Below, piece after piece: positions 23,001 to 37,400 of a stretch of 64,000 nucleotides of DNA. Positions within the stretch are counted from its first letter, which is position 1; every line of letters starts with the position of its first letter. Below the pieces are notes generated by a model. The model ran no database searches, had not been told where the DNA came from, and worked only from the letters and a program-made list of their open reading frames with translations. A program made the position numbers and the translations under genes. The DNA comes from Azolla caroliniana (Eukaryota; Plantae; Polypodiophyta): assembly GCA_043228905.1 (NCBI GenBank), contig JBHGNT010000001.1:13144001-13208000 (forward strand), in the 5' to 3' direction.

Positions 23001-26000
23001 AACGCAAGACACCCAACGAATTCCTGGATCGCGATGGTAAGCGACAACATCCTTTTTGTGTATTCTGCAAAAAGAAGGGTCATACAAAAGATCAATGTCG
23101 AAAGCTCCAACGGAAAGAGCACGACAACAAAGCTAAAGCTGCAGACCATAAAGGTCAGATTCCTAATGTCCTTCAGGTCTATACACATCATTTAAGTAAT
23201 TGTCAATGTTCTTTCCCTCACTATGTATTGGGTCCCAATGATTTACTACGTGCAAACGGGTATATCAATGGATCTCCCGTACAATTTTTATTTGATTCGG
23301 GAAGCTCACACAATTTTGTGAATGATCGTTTGGTTCAGATATGGGGAATCCAACCCACCGTAAGTGATCACACCTACACGGTGCACTTGGTTGATGGAAG
23401 AGTACAATACATCAACGGGGCGATTCATTCATTAGGAATTTCTATTGATACTTATATAGAGGAAGTAGACTTCCATGTAATGAATCTTTGTACCACCGAT
23501 GTAATACTGGGTTATCCCTGGTTTTATAATAAAAACTCTTCTTTATTTATTGATTGGGTTCGTCATTCCATTTCTTTTGTACTGAACGATTGTACGCATT
23601 TTATTCAATGTGTAAAAAAACAATCCCTCTCGATTGTTTCCTCGTGTCCATCAATATCCGAGTTGTCTTGTTCTACGTTATTTTATTGTGTACTTGATCC
23701 GGACATTCACGTTTACAATATCGATAATGTCCTGATTCAATTAACATATTTTGAACAACAACTTGATGAAATCTTAAATGATTTTCATGATGTTTTTCCA
23801 AGTGAACTACCTGATGGGTTACCTCCTAAACGTAATATAGACCATCGTATAGATATTGTACCTGGTGTTGCACCAATAAGTATACCTCTGTATCGCTTAA
23901 GTCAATCCGAAGAAGATGAGGTATCTAAGCAACTCAAGGACTATTTACGAATGGGTTATATACGTTATAGTAAATCTCCATGGGGTGCACCAGTTCTCTT
24001 GGTTAAAAAGAAAGAGGTCACATGGCGTATGTGTATTAATTACCGACGCTTGAATAAAGTGACGATCAAGAATTCGTATCCATTGCCCCGGGCTGACGAT
24101 CTAATTGACCGTCTCCAAGGAGCTCGGTATTTTACGAAACTTGATCTCCGTACTGGCTACCATCAAATACGAATAAGTGAGGACGATGTTCCTAAAACGA
24201 CATTTCGTACGCGCTATGGCCATTACGAGTTTTTGGTTATGCCTTTTGGTTTGACCAATGCTCCGGCTACTTTTCAACAAGAAATGAATGACATTTTCCG
24301 AGAACAACTTGGAAAATTTGTCGTTATTTTCTTGGATGATATTTTAGTTTATAGCCGTACATTACAAGAACATGCTAGACATGTCCGCTTTGTTTTACAA
24401 ACATTGCGTGACAAACAGTTTTATGCGAAGATCTCAAAATGTGAGTTCTTCAAGAAATCAATTACTTATCTAGGACATCTCATAACCGAACGAGGAGTTG
24501 AAATTGATCCTTCTCGCATTGAGAAAATCAAGCTTTGGCCCACTCTTCGGAATATTCGAGAAGTTCGATCATTCCTTGGTTTTGTGGGGTTTTTGCGAAA
24601 GTCTCTTCGTAATTACTCCCAATTGACGATGTCGTTTACAGATCTTTTAAAAGGTCAAACGCGTAAGTCTACAAAACCTATTGTGTGGAATGCTACACTA
24701 GACCTTGCCTTTAAGGAACTCAAGGACCTGGTTTGCAAGGCTCCTTCACTTCTTTTACCTGATCCTTCAAAACCTTTTGAGGTTAAAACCGATGCAAGCG
24801 ATTATGCTATAGGTGCTGTCTTGTATCAAGATGGTAAACCAATAGCATTCGAGAGTAAGAAACTTGATTCTGCTCAATGTCGGTATACCGTTCAAGAAAA
24901 GGAATTATTTGCAGTTATACATGCGCTCAAAACATGGCGCCATTATCTTTATGGAAATCGCTTTGTGGTAACTACGGACCACGAGTCCTTGAAATATTTT
25001 TGTGACCAACAAGACCTGAAAGGTCGTAAGGCACGATGGGCTGATCTCATCCAGGACTTTGATTTTTCCATACGATATCGTAAAGGTTCCATGAACACTG
25101 TCGCTGATGCACTAAGTCGCATCCGTGAAGTTAACATGCTTAGCTTCACTGCAATATCATCAGATCTTTATGATCACCTTCGAGGAAAGTATCCTGATGA
25201 CAGTTATTTCGCAAAATACTGGGCAAGAGTTGAGTCTGGAACAGACACCACCACATCCTCGAAGGAATACTTCCACATTGCTAACGGTTTGCTCTACCGT
25301 AATGGGAAGGTTTGTGTTCCAGATTTACCCGAGGTCAAAAAGAGGATTCTTTTTGAATGCCATGATGCACCCTCAGCAGGGCACCCTGGAATACATCGTA
25401 CACTCGTTCTCATCTCCACTCAATTTTATTGGCCTAAGATGCGTCCTGACATACATAGCTATGTGACTAAATGTCACCAGTGTCAGGTTAACAAAGCCGA
25501 GCGACTTAAAGCCGCAGGACTTTTACATCCCTTGGACATTCCCAATAATAAGTGGGAAAGTATATCCATGGATTTTATTGTTAGCCTTCCTCGCACCCAA
25601 AAAGGTCATGATGCCATCTGGGTTGTCGTTGATCGACTAACTAAAATGGCCAGATTTATTGCTACTAAAACCACGGTAACAGCTCCTGAATTAGCTTACC
25701 AATTCGTTGACGAATTGTTTCGTTTTTATGGGTTACCGATGGATATCGTGAGTGATCGAGATCCAAAGTTTACTAGTGACTTCTGGACACAAGTCTTTAA
25801 GAAGTTAGAAACTACGTTGAGCATGAGCTCCACGGATCATCCTCAATCCGATGGACAGACAGAACGAGTAAATCAAATTATTGAGGACATGCTTCGAGCA
25901 TACGTTGGTGCAAAACCAACAAAATGGGAACGTTATCTCCCAATTTTGGAGTTTGCTTATAACAACTCCAAGCATACGTCGACGGGATATAGTCCTTTTA

Positions 26001-27071
26001 TGTTGATGTATGGTTTTCAGCCACGAGCCCCGATTGATGTTAATATACATCATGATGAGTTGCGAAGTACGCAAAACTTTCTTCAGGATATGCAAGATAT
26101 GTTGCATATTGCACGAGATAATATAAAAACAGCTCAAGATAGAGCACGTTTTTATGCCGATCATCATAGGCAACCTCGTGTATTCAACCCTGGACAGAAG
26201 GTATTTTTACGTGTACCTCACAATTCTAAGACATTGTCTACGGGTAAGTGCGCTAAGTTAGCCCCACGGTTTTGTGGACCTTTTACAGTCCTCAAACGCA
26301 TTGGGTCATCAGCCTATCGTCTCGCTCTTCCCGATGGTGTCGGAATTCATCCAGTCTTTCATGTGAGTTGTCTAAAAGAACTTCTAGGTTCTGGCGACAA
26401 TACAGTTACGACTGAAACTCTGGTTACTTCTGAAGAAATATCTTCTAAACCACATGTACCAGAAAGAATTCTCGATGTTAAAACAAAAAAATTACGTACT
26501 AAAGAAATCCGAGAATTTAAAATAAAATAGATGGATAAATCAATAAAAGATGCCACATGGGAACGCGAAAATACTCTTAGAACTAACTTCCCTAACTTTC
26601 CATTGCAAGAGTGCAATGTTTTAAAGAGGGGGAGTATGTTACGGGCATAACCATATAATATCCCGTGGTAAGAATTTACCGTAGTATTCTATACACGTGG
26701 ATAAGTGTGAGGGTTAAACGAGAGTGTAAAGAAGGGGATGATTACTTTTAATCCTCGGGATTGAGACAACCCATTAGGTCAAGTGTGAACTTGCCTGGGG
26801 GCCTTGGGTATGCTACCCTCATTTGATCATCTTTTGACTACATCGAGACTTTGCTCGTGTGGTGGGTGAACTCTTGTAGCAAGCACGCCAGCACCAGGTA
26901 CGACTCGACGCCACGGCGGTGGTATGGGACGCCAATCGAGGCTCGAGTCCGTCTCGATCCCTTCGCTCGGGGGTGGTCGGGTGGATCGGCACCCTTCTTT
27001 CTCTTTCTCCTTTCTATCTTTCATTTCTTTATCCTTATCTTAAGCTTACTTTAGTACCTAGATCTATAATA
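20090..27071 (+). mobile_element. Ty3/gypsy chromovirus F (LTRs 20090-20544 and 26637-27071, TSD CGCAG, PBS TGGTATCAGA 20547-20556), inserted in the RT of E
   Basis: Paired LTRs with TG...TA ends. CGCAG at 20085-20089 and 27072-27076. PPT AAAGAGGGGGAG. Single gag-pol frame. Confidence 0.95.
22220..26650 (+). pseudogene. gag-pol of F (gag, CCHC, PR FDSGS, RT FLDD, RH, IN, chromodomain-like end), one frame with two premature stops
   Basis: ORFs 22220-22609 and 22637-26530 share a frame. Both stops appear to be mutated Trp codons. The frame continues (DATWE) to TAA at 26650. Confidence 0.9.
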
Positions 27072-30000
27072 CGCAGTCTTCCAACACATGGCAAATGATA
27101 TATTCAGAGACCTCTTGGATATCTGTTTGATCATCTATCTTGATGATCTATTGATTTATTCGAAGACCCAGCAAGAGCACGATTCTCATGTACTATTAGT
27201 ACTAAAGTGACTCCGCGAGAATGGTCTTTATGCCAAGCTAGAAAAATGTAGCTTTGACTGCAAGCAAGTGGAATTTCTAGGCTACGTCATCTCCTCAAAG
27301 GGCATCGCCATGGATCCAGCTAAAGTCCAAATTGTACTAGAGTGGCAAATTCCACGGTCGGTACGAGATGTACAATGTTTTCTAGGTTTTGCTAACTTCT
27401 ACCATAAGTTTATACAGGATTACTCGAAGATTATCTTACCCCTCACACAACTTACGAAGAAGAGCCAAGCATTTCTTTGGTCCATTGAAGCAGATATGGC
27501 TTTTCGGCATCTTAAGAAAGCCTTTACATCAGCACCGATTCTAGCTCATGTGGATACTAGCAAACCATTCATCATGGAAGCCGATGCTTCAGATTTCGCC
27601 CTCGGTAGCATCCTTTCTCAACAAGGAGATAAAGAAGAGTTGCATCCGGTGGCTTTCCATTCGCGCAAATTTGATGTTGCGGAAATCAACTACGAAATAC
27701 ATGACAAGGAGTTATTAGCCATCGTGGATTCATTTGTGCAATGGCGGCATTTCTTAGAGGGCTCTCCACATCAGGTCGTTGTTTTTAGTGATCATAAAAA
27801 TTTTGCTTATTTCCAGAACGCACACGTACTAAATCGACGACAAGCTCGGTGGGCGCAATTCCTCACGCGTTTCGACTTCAAAATCACATATCGACCGGGG
27901 AAGCAGCAAGGAAAAGTAGATGCACTATCACGGCGTTCATATCTTGCACCTCGTCCTGGTGATCCAACATTTGATAATCAAAAGCAAGTAATCTTGGGAC
28001 CAACACGATTGCACACGACGCGGATTTTTCACACCCCGATGGATTCACGGATTACCGATGACATCCGTGCAAACTTGAAGATGAATAGTTTTGCTCAAAA
28101 CATCTTGGCGCACATTGATACTTCTCGGGCATCCTGTTCTCAATCTCAACAACCAGGTATTGACCACCGACAAGTCGAATATCATGATGGTTTGTTATTC
28201 TTTAAAAAGCGCGTATATGTCCCCGATTGCTCCTGTCGCCTTCAAATCGTCCAACATTGTCACGACACCCATACGACGGGACATTTCGGTAGTACTAAGA
28301 CGTTGGAGCTAGTGCAACGATCTTTTTGGTGGCCCCACATGCGCCGTTTTGTCGACGACTATGTTCGGACCTATGATGCTTGCTGCCGAGCAAAGATGCC
28401 ACGACACCATCCATATGGCTTGTTGGAACCCTTACCAATTCCAAGTAAGCCGTGGCAATCTATTTGTCTTGATTTTATCACAAATCTTCCGGTCTCGCAG
28501 GGGTTTGATGCTATCTTAACCATCGTCGATCGATATACGAAGATGACACATTTTGTTCCGTGTACTAAGGCCATCACTAGCGAGGAAACCGCCGCCCTAG
28601 TCATGCGTGAGGTATTTCGACATCATGGCCTCCCAGACAGTATCACCAGTGACTGAGGACCGCAATTTGTCTCCAAATTTTGGCAGCATCTCTTCAAGAT
28701 GCTAAAGGTCTCTTGCAACCTCTCCTCCGGCTACCATCCTCAGACCGATGGGCAAGCAGAACGAACAAACCAAACGCTAGAGCAATATCTCCGGTGTTTC
28801 TTGAGTTATCAACAGGACGATTGGGCCGAGATTCTCCACTTTGCGGAGTTTACGTATAATAATGTTGTTCACTCCTCGACTCGAGTCTCCCCATTCTACG
28901 CTTATACCAGTTCTCATCCTCGCTGGTCGGTGATCGACACCCCAGAGCTACCTACCAATCCTCGTGTCGGGGATCATTTGGAGAGACTACGTAAGATCCA
29001 GACAGATCTCTCGACTCATCTTCGTCATTCTCAACAGACACAGAAGACTTACGCGGATCGTCATCGGCTTCCCTCCTCTTTTGCCATCGGAGATCGAGTA
29101 TGGCTCTTACGTCGTCACGTCAAGACTACTCGACCGTGCGACAAGTTGGATTATCGACGACTCGGTCCTTTCCTTATTACGGGTAAAGTTAATGATGTCA
29201 CATTCCGCCTTGATCTCCCTTCGCAACTTCAGATACATCCGGTTTTCCATTGTTCTCTTCTTGAACCTTATAAAGCAAACACCATTCCCGATCGTGTTAC
29301 ACCACCGCCGCCCCCACTGGAGTTGGATGCCGGCCCGGAGTATGAAGTTGCTGCCATCCTCGATTCCAAACTTATTCACAACAAACTTTATTATTTGGTC
29401 GATTGGGTTGGTTATAGTCCGAGCGAACGCACTTGGGAACCTGTCGAGCATGTTGCCAATGCTCAGGATCTGCTTGCTGATTTCCACCGAAAGTATTCGG
29501 ACAAACCCGATCCGCAATCAGCGCCGACTCGTTCCACTCGTCGTCTTTAAGGGGGAGATAGTGTCATGAGATGGCAAGACTCAAACCCATGACCTTATGG
29601 TATATGGATCGAGCTCTTAACCATCACACCATCTATTGTAATTCATAGGATATTATTTATGTTTTATTATAAGAAAGTAATGTATATTCTAGATTTCTCT
29701 GGAACATTCTAGAAGTTTCAGGATTACTCCTGACAACACTATAAAAGAAGGCACTAGGCATTATGTCGAACCAAATTGGTTCAACGCCAGTCTTAAGCCT
29801 CTCAATCGCTTTGTACTTATCTTTTCACATAATATATTAGTTGTTGTCATCATCTTTCTCTCTCTCTCATCCTCGCTATCTCTCTCTCTCTCTCCTCTTC
29901 TCACTTCCTCTCTCGGGAATCTTATGCAGTCCCGTCCTCTTAGTACTAATAGTACTGCTCTTCTTAGTACTAATTCCATCTCTGCTTTAGTACTATTCTT

Positions 30001-33000
30001 GACAGCGTGCTTGGAACGTAAAAATCACGCAGCGATTGCGTCGGATGGGATTTGCGACGTGTAAATCAGACTCTTCACTGTTCATTCGGAAAGGTCGACT
30101 CAGGCCGGTTAGTATTTTACTTTATGTTGATGACTTGGTCATCACCGGCACCGACGTAGGTGAAATCGACCGCGAAAAGCTCTAGCTCGTGGCATCATTT
30201 GACATGAAGGACATAGGGGACCTTCATTACTTCCTCGGGATTGAAGTGATCCGTACCCACGAAGGCGTATTGATCAGCCAACGTCATTACGCGCTGAATA
30301 TGCTCTTCAAGTTCGAGATGGCAGACTGTAAGCCCATCTTGACGCCTCTGAATAGGAACGTGAAGCTTCGCCCAAATTCGGGAAAAGTGTGCGACCCGAC
30401 ACGGTTCCGACAGATTGTCGAAAGCCTCCTCTATTCGACTATTACTCAACCGGACCTTAGTTACCCGGTCGGACTAATCAATCAACTCATGTTGCGGCCT
30501 ACGATCGAACATTTTTAGTGTGTGCAAAGGATATTGCGATATGTCAACGGCATGAAAGACATGTTGTTGCTATATCGAGCAAGCGTAGCCGAATAGTTAG
30601 TCGGCTACACAAATGCCGATTGGGCCGGAGACTCCCATGATCATAGATCCACATCCGGACACGTATTCTCTCTAGGAAGTGCAGCGATTGCGTGGACCAG
30701 TAAGAAGTAGCACTGTCAAGCACGGAGGCCGAGTATCAAGGGGCGAATGTCGCTATGTGCGAAGTCATTTGGCTAAAATGACTGTTACGGGATCTGCATG
30801 TAGGGGTGTCTGATCTGACGACAATCTTTTGTGACAACCTCAGTAGTATCCACCTTGCAGAAAACCCCGTGTTCCACGCCCGGACCAAGCACATTGAGGT
30901 GCATTACCATTTTGTCCGTGAGCGGGTCCTTTCAGGTGAAGTCGAACTGGTGCATGTTCTGACTGATCGGCAAGTTGTAGTCATCTTCACCAAGCCTCTT
31001 GGTCTCGACAAGTTACGACATTTTTCGGGTGAGCTTGGGTTGCGTCACCTCGACACGCCAAACTTGAGGGGGAGAAAGGAAGACGAATAGGAACAAGAGC
31101 GTGAAAAAAGTGGAGTGTCACGGACACGTTCGAATCTTGACACGGAGGTGATCATCGCGGCGGAAGTGACCGTGAAGCGGAATCGGATGAAGAATTCGAT
31201 ATCGGGCCGGTTGAAGAAGCCGAAGAAAAGAGCAAGGGCCATAACCGTAGGAAAGAGCCGAGGATAGCCAAATCAGGGGGAGATACAGTCAAGAAGGGCG
31301 TAAAGGCCAAGACCAAGACGTGGTCTGATGTAGTCAAAGGCCTAAAGATAGGAGACGAATTGGAGACAGCAAATTTGGAATAGAGCGGAATTGAATCGGA
31401 AGTGTTCGATTCGGATACGCCGAATCAACTGAAGGCCATGCGGAGAAAAGTGCAGTGAAGAAAGCACCAACACTGCGACAGCAAGGGAGCTGAGAAGGGT
31501 CGGATGAGCAGACAAGCCGACCGGAAGGGTCGAGGCGCACGGAATTGAACAAGTCGAGGAGTGCGAGTGAGGCGTGAAACTAGAAGAAACCGGAGTAGTG
31601 ACCCGGAAGAACCAGAAGAGCCTCAAGTTGAGCTTGAGGGGGAGGGGAGTGTTGAGATACAAGCTCAACATTGGCCGGATCGGCTGTGCAAGCCGAGAAC
31701 CGGATCGGTTGGGACCGGTGCGTAAACCGGTGCGCAACGAGAAGCTATAGCGGTGCGTAAACCGCGAGGCTGTTGGAAAGATATTCCGCCTAGGAATATA
31801 TTTTGGGAGTTAGTGTAGAGCTCATTTATGAGCATTGAAGTACGTGTCAGTACTTCTGTCATTCCGTATGGACTTGTATAAAAGTACTCACTGAGCACAC
31901 TCTATGTACAGACTGAGTATTATTTTTTGAATTGAGTCGTGTGTATTGACTCTTTGTCTCTCCCGTGTACTGTGTGTGTGTCCAAGCTCTCCATTAAACC
32001 TGTGTTTTCCTATGTTCTGCTTTCTGTTGCTTCCACACATTGTTCTTTTTACATGCTATATAACCCCCGGACTAAGCAGGTCCGAGTAAACCGAGATGTC
32101 GAGTTTGATGAGACAGCATCATGGTACTCCTTACTGACTCCAACTCCAGACGAAGACCCGATTTCGGAGCATGAGGCTAGTGAACCCGGAGAGGTTCAAG
32201 AAGAAGATGGGGGATTCGATACTCCAGATGAGAGTCCGATCTCATTCCGGCTAAGTGGGCCGAATGAGCGATTGGGTCGGAATGACCAGTCTGATGAGGA
32301 ACCGGCGAGTAGTGGAGACTCTGTTGTGCTCTCCCCACGCAAGGAACCGAGGAGACGGTTCATGCGCAAGGAGAAGGGGAAGAAGAAGATGTAGGAATAT
32401 GAAACCAGCACCGATGAGTCGTATCAGAGCGAATCCGACTCCGGAAAGGAAGAAGGCAAACCTTCTGAAATGAAGTTCGAACCGGCAAAGAAGGGCCCCA
32501 AACCGGGTAACAACAAGTTACGCCGGTCATCCCGCCATAATAATCCCGTAAAGAGATACGGGTATAATGAGTACATGGCGCATCACTATGCGTACATGAC
32601 TAAGCTGGCGCAAGTGCGTGAGCCGGAGAGGTACGCAAAAGACGCAAATTTGCGTGCTGCTATGGCGGAAGAAATGCGAGCACTTGATGCCAACAACACA
32701 TGGGACCTGGTTGACCCTCCTCGATAGTGTAAACTGATCGGTTGCAAATGGGTGTACAAGGTAAAGTACAATGTCAACGGTTTGGTCAACCAGTACAAGG
32801 CCACAAAGGGATACGCACAGACCCACGGAATCGACTAAGACGAGACCTTCACTCCAGTAGTGAAGATGTTGACGGTTCATGTGGTAATGGCTGTTGTTGC
32901 GGCAAGGGGATGACATCTTCACCAAATGGACGTGAAGAATGTGTTTCTTCAAGGTGACCTTGAATAACGGGTCTATATGATCCAACCCCCTGGTTTCCAA

Positions 33001-35310
33001 TCAAAGATGAACAAGTCAGGAATATGCTGACTCAAGAAGACGGTTTATGGTCTGAAGCGAGCCCTCTAACCTTGGAATGCAAAGATCACGCACTGGTTGT
33101 GTAAGATGGGGTTTGCGGCCTCAAAGTCTAACTCTTCACTGTTCATCCAGAACGGTCCGAATGGTCCGGTGTCGCGTTTTTACGCGCGTGCGTGGAGAAA
33201 GGCGGGACCACGGGGGTCTTGGACTAGGGAGTGACGGAGCGTAGGAAGTCGTGCTTCACAGTTTCTGGGCCATCCCAGAAACACAGCGGAAGCAACCGAA
33301 GGGAGAGAGAGAGAGAGAGAGAGAGAGAGTAACACCGACTCACGCACACACGCCCACACACTCGCACACACACGCACACACAGCCTGACCCGACTCACGC
33401 CCTTATGTACAGGAAACGCAGGAAAGGGGGAGCACCCGACACCAACATAGACGCGAATATACACAGACAGATGCAAACATATATATATATATATGTATAG
33501 ACAGAAGAATACAATCCCGGCTTCGAGCCAGACCAAGATAGTTTACAACAGTCGTCTGCTGTCAAGCCGCCGTCGAGAAGCTCTCGGGCTCGTCGCGCCG
33601 AGCGGGTCTTGCACAGGAGATAAGCTGTAGCCAACCCTAAACGAACACGAAGGGGAAGAAGAAGAAGCAGAAGAAACCTATAAACCTACCGGTATACCCT
33701 CTAATCCAAAATAGGCAACCCTTTTACAAAGGACGTTCCCTTCCTTTTATAAAACAAGGAAAGGGAGACGTTACAACGTGGGACAAATCCCGACTTTCAT
33801 GGGATCGTCTGTCCCGACTTGACTACTCTTCGGCGCCATAAAGGCGCCCTCGTTATTCACATCAAATGTACATGGGTGCGTACACACGCTGCACCCCGCC
33901 GATGTAGCCAATGTTTCCGGGTTTTCGCCTATGGCCGAAATTCTTCATGACATCCGCCCCCACCTAACTGCACGTCCACTGGTACGTGCCAAATCTGGTT
34001 GAAGGGTGAGAGATTTCGGCCGGCAAGAAACCGGTCTCCCGTGATCCGCATCTCGGCTCGCCGCCGGTTTGATCCGTCGGCTTCGAGTCTTCCTTCGCAC
34101 TCACCTCCCCGTAGGCTCGTTCAACCCGTCGATGGGTCCTCTGCCACGATCTCTGTGGTACGCATACTTCCGTTGGCCCTTGTTCGGCCATATGAACGCC
34201 CCGCTTCCGTCGTATGCCCGATGTCCTCCGCTTGAGCAATGCCCGTGGCAGCCCGCTTGGCCTCCGTTGTTGAATCGTGATGTCCCACTGGTGTTTCGCA
34301 TCGCCTTCGTCCTTCCGCCGCCACCTTCCTTCTCCATGGTCTTACATTGCCGCGTCGGCTCGATCCGTCATGGTCTTCGGGACGGTGTGGAGGATCCCTT
34401 TTCGGCCTTCTCCGCACTCGCCTTCCCGCTCCGGCACCTCCGCGTGCCACACCCCTCTTCTGTTGTTTGGCACTGCCCGTGTTGCACTCCTCGTCGGCCC
34501 CTTTCCGGCCAGATCGTGCATCGTTGTTCACCCGCATACCGGTGTCCTTTGCATCCGAGGAACACCCCGTAGTAGCTCGCTTGGCCCTTCCCGCCTTCGT
34601 GCTGCTGCAACAGGTCCTGAGCCTTCCGCTTGCCGTCGTCCCCTCGCCCCCACCAGCATGTCACCCCGGCTTGCCGTGTCAGTCTTTGTTACTTCGACGG
34701 AGCTACCGAGATCTACGAAGCGAGTGTGGAGGATCCTCCTCCGACCTCTCTTGCCATCCTGATCCCGACCCTGTGCAGTCCACTAGGCACTTGTCACTTC
34801 GTTCTCGGCACGTCCCTTGTGCCGTCTTCCGCTTCCTTCGTTCGACCCGCCCGCGCCGAACACCGTCCCGTAGTCACGCTTCGATCCGGCCCACGATGGC
34901 CACTCACGAGACTCTTGTTCTGTCCAAGGTGTGCCTTTCCGGCCTGACACACCTCCCCATGTTCACCCCTATCGGCTCCTTCCGATACCTCGTGTCGTCG
35001 GGTCCCGTTCCCTGCCGCCACCGTCCTTCTCCCTCAATCTCACGTTGCCACGTTGGCCGAACTGTCGGAGTCTCCGGATCAGTGTGAGGATCCCATAGGG
35101 CCAGACTCCGTTTCTATGCTTGCCGTAATTCGGGTGACTTTTGTTTGAGTCCCTCCCGGACTCTCCTCGTGCCTTCCGCGTAGCCGGGTCCCGTTTCCCG
35201 CCGCCACCTTCCTTCTCCCTCGGTCTTACGTTGCCACGTTGGCCGAACAGCCGGGGTCTCCGGAACCGGTGTGGGGATCCCGTAGGACCGGACTTCCTTA
35301 CGGCCATCGT

Positions 35311-35534
35311 CTTCGTCACCTCGCCGCCACCGTCAGTATCTTGGTCTTACGTCGACCGCGTTGCCGACTGCCGAAGTCTCTAGAACCGGTGTGAAGGATC
35401 CTCCGTAGACGTTCCATCCTTAGCCCTTGCCTTCGTCACCTCGCCACCACCATCAGTATCTTGGTCTTACGTCGACCGCGTTGCCGACTGCCGAAGTCTC
35501 TAGAACCGGTGTGAAGGATCCTCCGTAGACGTTC
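35311..35534. repeat. 120-bp-period tandem duplication within G, with degenerate related units near 34305, 35000 and 35190
   Basis: 35311-35414 matches 35431-35534. Recurrent GCCGCCACC(T/G)TC motif. Confidence 0.8.
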
Positions 35535-35931
35535 GTCGGCTTCTTAACCCTGTCCCGGGTCGTTCTTTTCCGCATGCCGAGAGGGCGGTTTACTCCGCAC
35601 CCTCTCCCGTGGTACCGACGTACCGTGTCCTCGGCCTCTTCGTAGGCCTGCTCTCTTCCTCCCTCCCGGAATGGTCATCCGGGAGTCCGCTCCGCCCGGT
35701 TCTCGTCCGGGTCCATTCGTCTTTCTCCGGATTGCCGAGTCTCGTTCTCCTGTCGCCATCGTCTCTCGTACAGGACTTATGCCGGCACTTGGGCCTGCAG
35801 CCGGACCAGTGTAAGGAATCCCATAGGACCGGCTTTCATTCTCTTTCCTAATCTCAACCTTCCCCTGGTCGGTCTTTCTCCCCATGTAAAAGAGGGTGGC
35901 TCGTCCCACACCCCCTTCCGTATCGGCACTT

Positions 35932-37385
35932 TCATGCCGACTCCGGCCCCGAACGAAAGATCCACGACCGGATCACGCTCCACCCGCATCGGAATGCTGA
36001 TCCTCTTGTGCCGTGTCCGTCCTCGGCCTCCTCGCAGGCCAATTCCCATCCGTCTTCGCTGGCATCATGCCAGGACTCCTCGGTACCGCCATCCATCTCC
36101 TCGGTCTTACATGGGCATACGGGCCCAATTGCCGAGTTCTCCGGAATCGGGTCCGTGGGCTTTCCTCCACTCCTTCTCTGTATCGTCTCGCCGGTGATTC
36201 TCGCCCTTTCGCCGCCGCCTTCCTCCGCTTGGGACTCACGTGGGCACTCGGGCCCGTCTGCCATCGTCTCGGGAGCAAGTGTGGGAAGACACAAAGAATC
36301 ACCCGTCCGTTTTACGCCCTTGTTCGTAGCCACCGACTCTTCGTGGTCGGCGGTCGTCTTCTTACCGATCGCGCAAGCCCCGTCTGGGCTTGCTTCTCCA
36401 ATGCCCGAGATCTCGGGCTGACACGCCCGAAACCGCTGGTCCCAACGTTCCGGTTCCGCGATCAGTCTCTCGGCCTCGTCCTTCGCCGTTCTATCCCCGC
36501 AAGTCGGGAGGGTGGCTCGTCCCGCACCCTCTCCCGTGGTACCGATGTACCATTCTCTTTCGGCCTCCTCATCCTCCGATCGCCTCCGGTCCGACTCCAT
36601 AATAAGCCCTTCTTCGGCTTCGATTTTCCCCTCTTCCTCGAGCTTCGCTTTGAGAGCTGTGTACGCCTCCGCAATCCTGGCCCCAACGCCGATCCTTGCC
36701 AACTCTCTTTGTCGTTCGGCCTCTTCCCGCTATGATGGCACGCCGTCGCGTACCTTCCTCTTAGCCTTCTCGGCTCGCTCTTTGTCTATCCGTTGGCACA
36801 CCTTCCGACATTCGACCAGTCCTCCGTAAGCCCATTCGCTCCATCATCGTCTTCGAGCTCAATCCCGATGGCTTCCTGTTCCGCTCAGTCGATCGACCTA
36901 ACGAACAAAAGGACTTTGTCCGCCCCCACCAAACCTTGTTCCCGCTCTGGGAGCCGAGCAAGTCGTCGCTCGAACTCCCGGAACGCCTTCGTCGCACCCC
37001 GGTGGGTCTTTGCCGATGCTACCCACTGGTCGAAGTGGTGCCGTCCCCGGCTCTTCCGCCATCCTCCGTATGCTTTCAGGAGCGCCTCTTCGAAGGCCTC
37101 CCACGAACTATGAGCCTCACGGAGCTCCTTTATTTCCTCATGCATCCGGACAGCCACGACCCGACAGAAGAACTCCAGCCTCAACGCCTCGTCTACGCCA
37201 CGCTCCTCCATTTCCGCGTTGTAGGCTTCCAAGAAAGATGGGACTTTGTCCCCGTTGAAACGGCCGACTCTTTCGACCACTCGCTCACCCGCTTGTTGCG
37301 CTGCTTCTCGCCTCATCACCACTCGTGCCGACTCCAACACCACTTCGGCCACCATCTCCGCAAGGTCGTCGTCTTCTGACTCCAT
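35932..37385 (-). pseudogene. Gag capsid-like ORF of G fused to an acidic low-complexity tail (stops and a frameshift)
   Basis: RVGRFNGDKVPSFLEAYNAEM...WEAFEEAL...FDQWV...ADKVLLFVRSID...LEDDDGANGLTEDW aligns by eye with the J gag (RIGQFNGKDVSRYLRDYKAEM...WEVFEEAL...FEDWV...PDKVIMFLRAVD...LEDTNTESGLTETW). Confidence 0.8.
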
Positions 37386-37400
37386 CCTCCCTTGCCGCCC

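Larger units (their letters stand above)
18991..29550 (+). pseudogene. pol: pol of element E (PR, RT, RH, IN, chromodomain), split by element F at 20090-27071 and carrying several stops
   Basis: ALLDSRA protease. RT ...[10 protein letters not shown]|VFQH...YLDDLL resumes after F. RH and IN ORFs at 27268-28656 and 28699-29550. Confidence 0.9.
17311..30004 (+). mobile_element. Ty3/gypsy chromovirus E, Tcn1/fungal-type (LTRs 17311-17763 and 29562-30004, TSD GCATG/GCGTG), inserted in the RT of D
   Basis: Paired LTRs and PPT AAGGGGGAGATAG. Gag has KFDGTRSQFRGF and CLYCGGPGHIAINC. Pol order is PR-RT-RH-IN. C-terminal chromodomain EYEVAAILDS...YLVDWVGY..ERTWEP. Confidence 0.95.
13251..32053 (+). 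mobile_element. Full-length Ty1/copia element D (LTRs 13251-13688 and 31650-32053, TSD TGCTA), degenerate and carrying nested insertions
   Basis: Paired LTRs, TGCTA at 13246-13250 and 32054-32058, iMet PBS, copia domain order. Confidence 0.95.
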
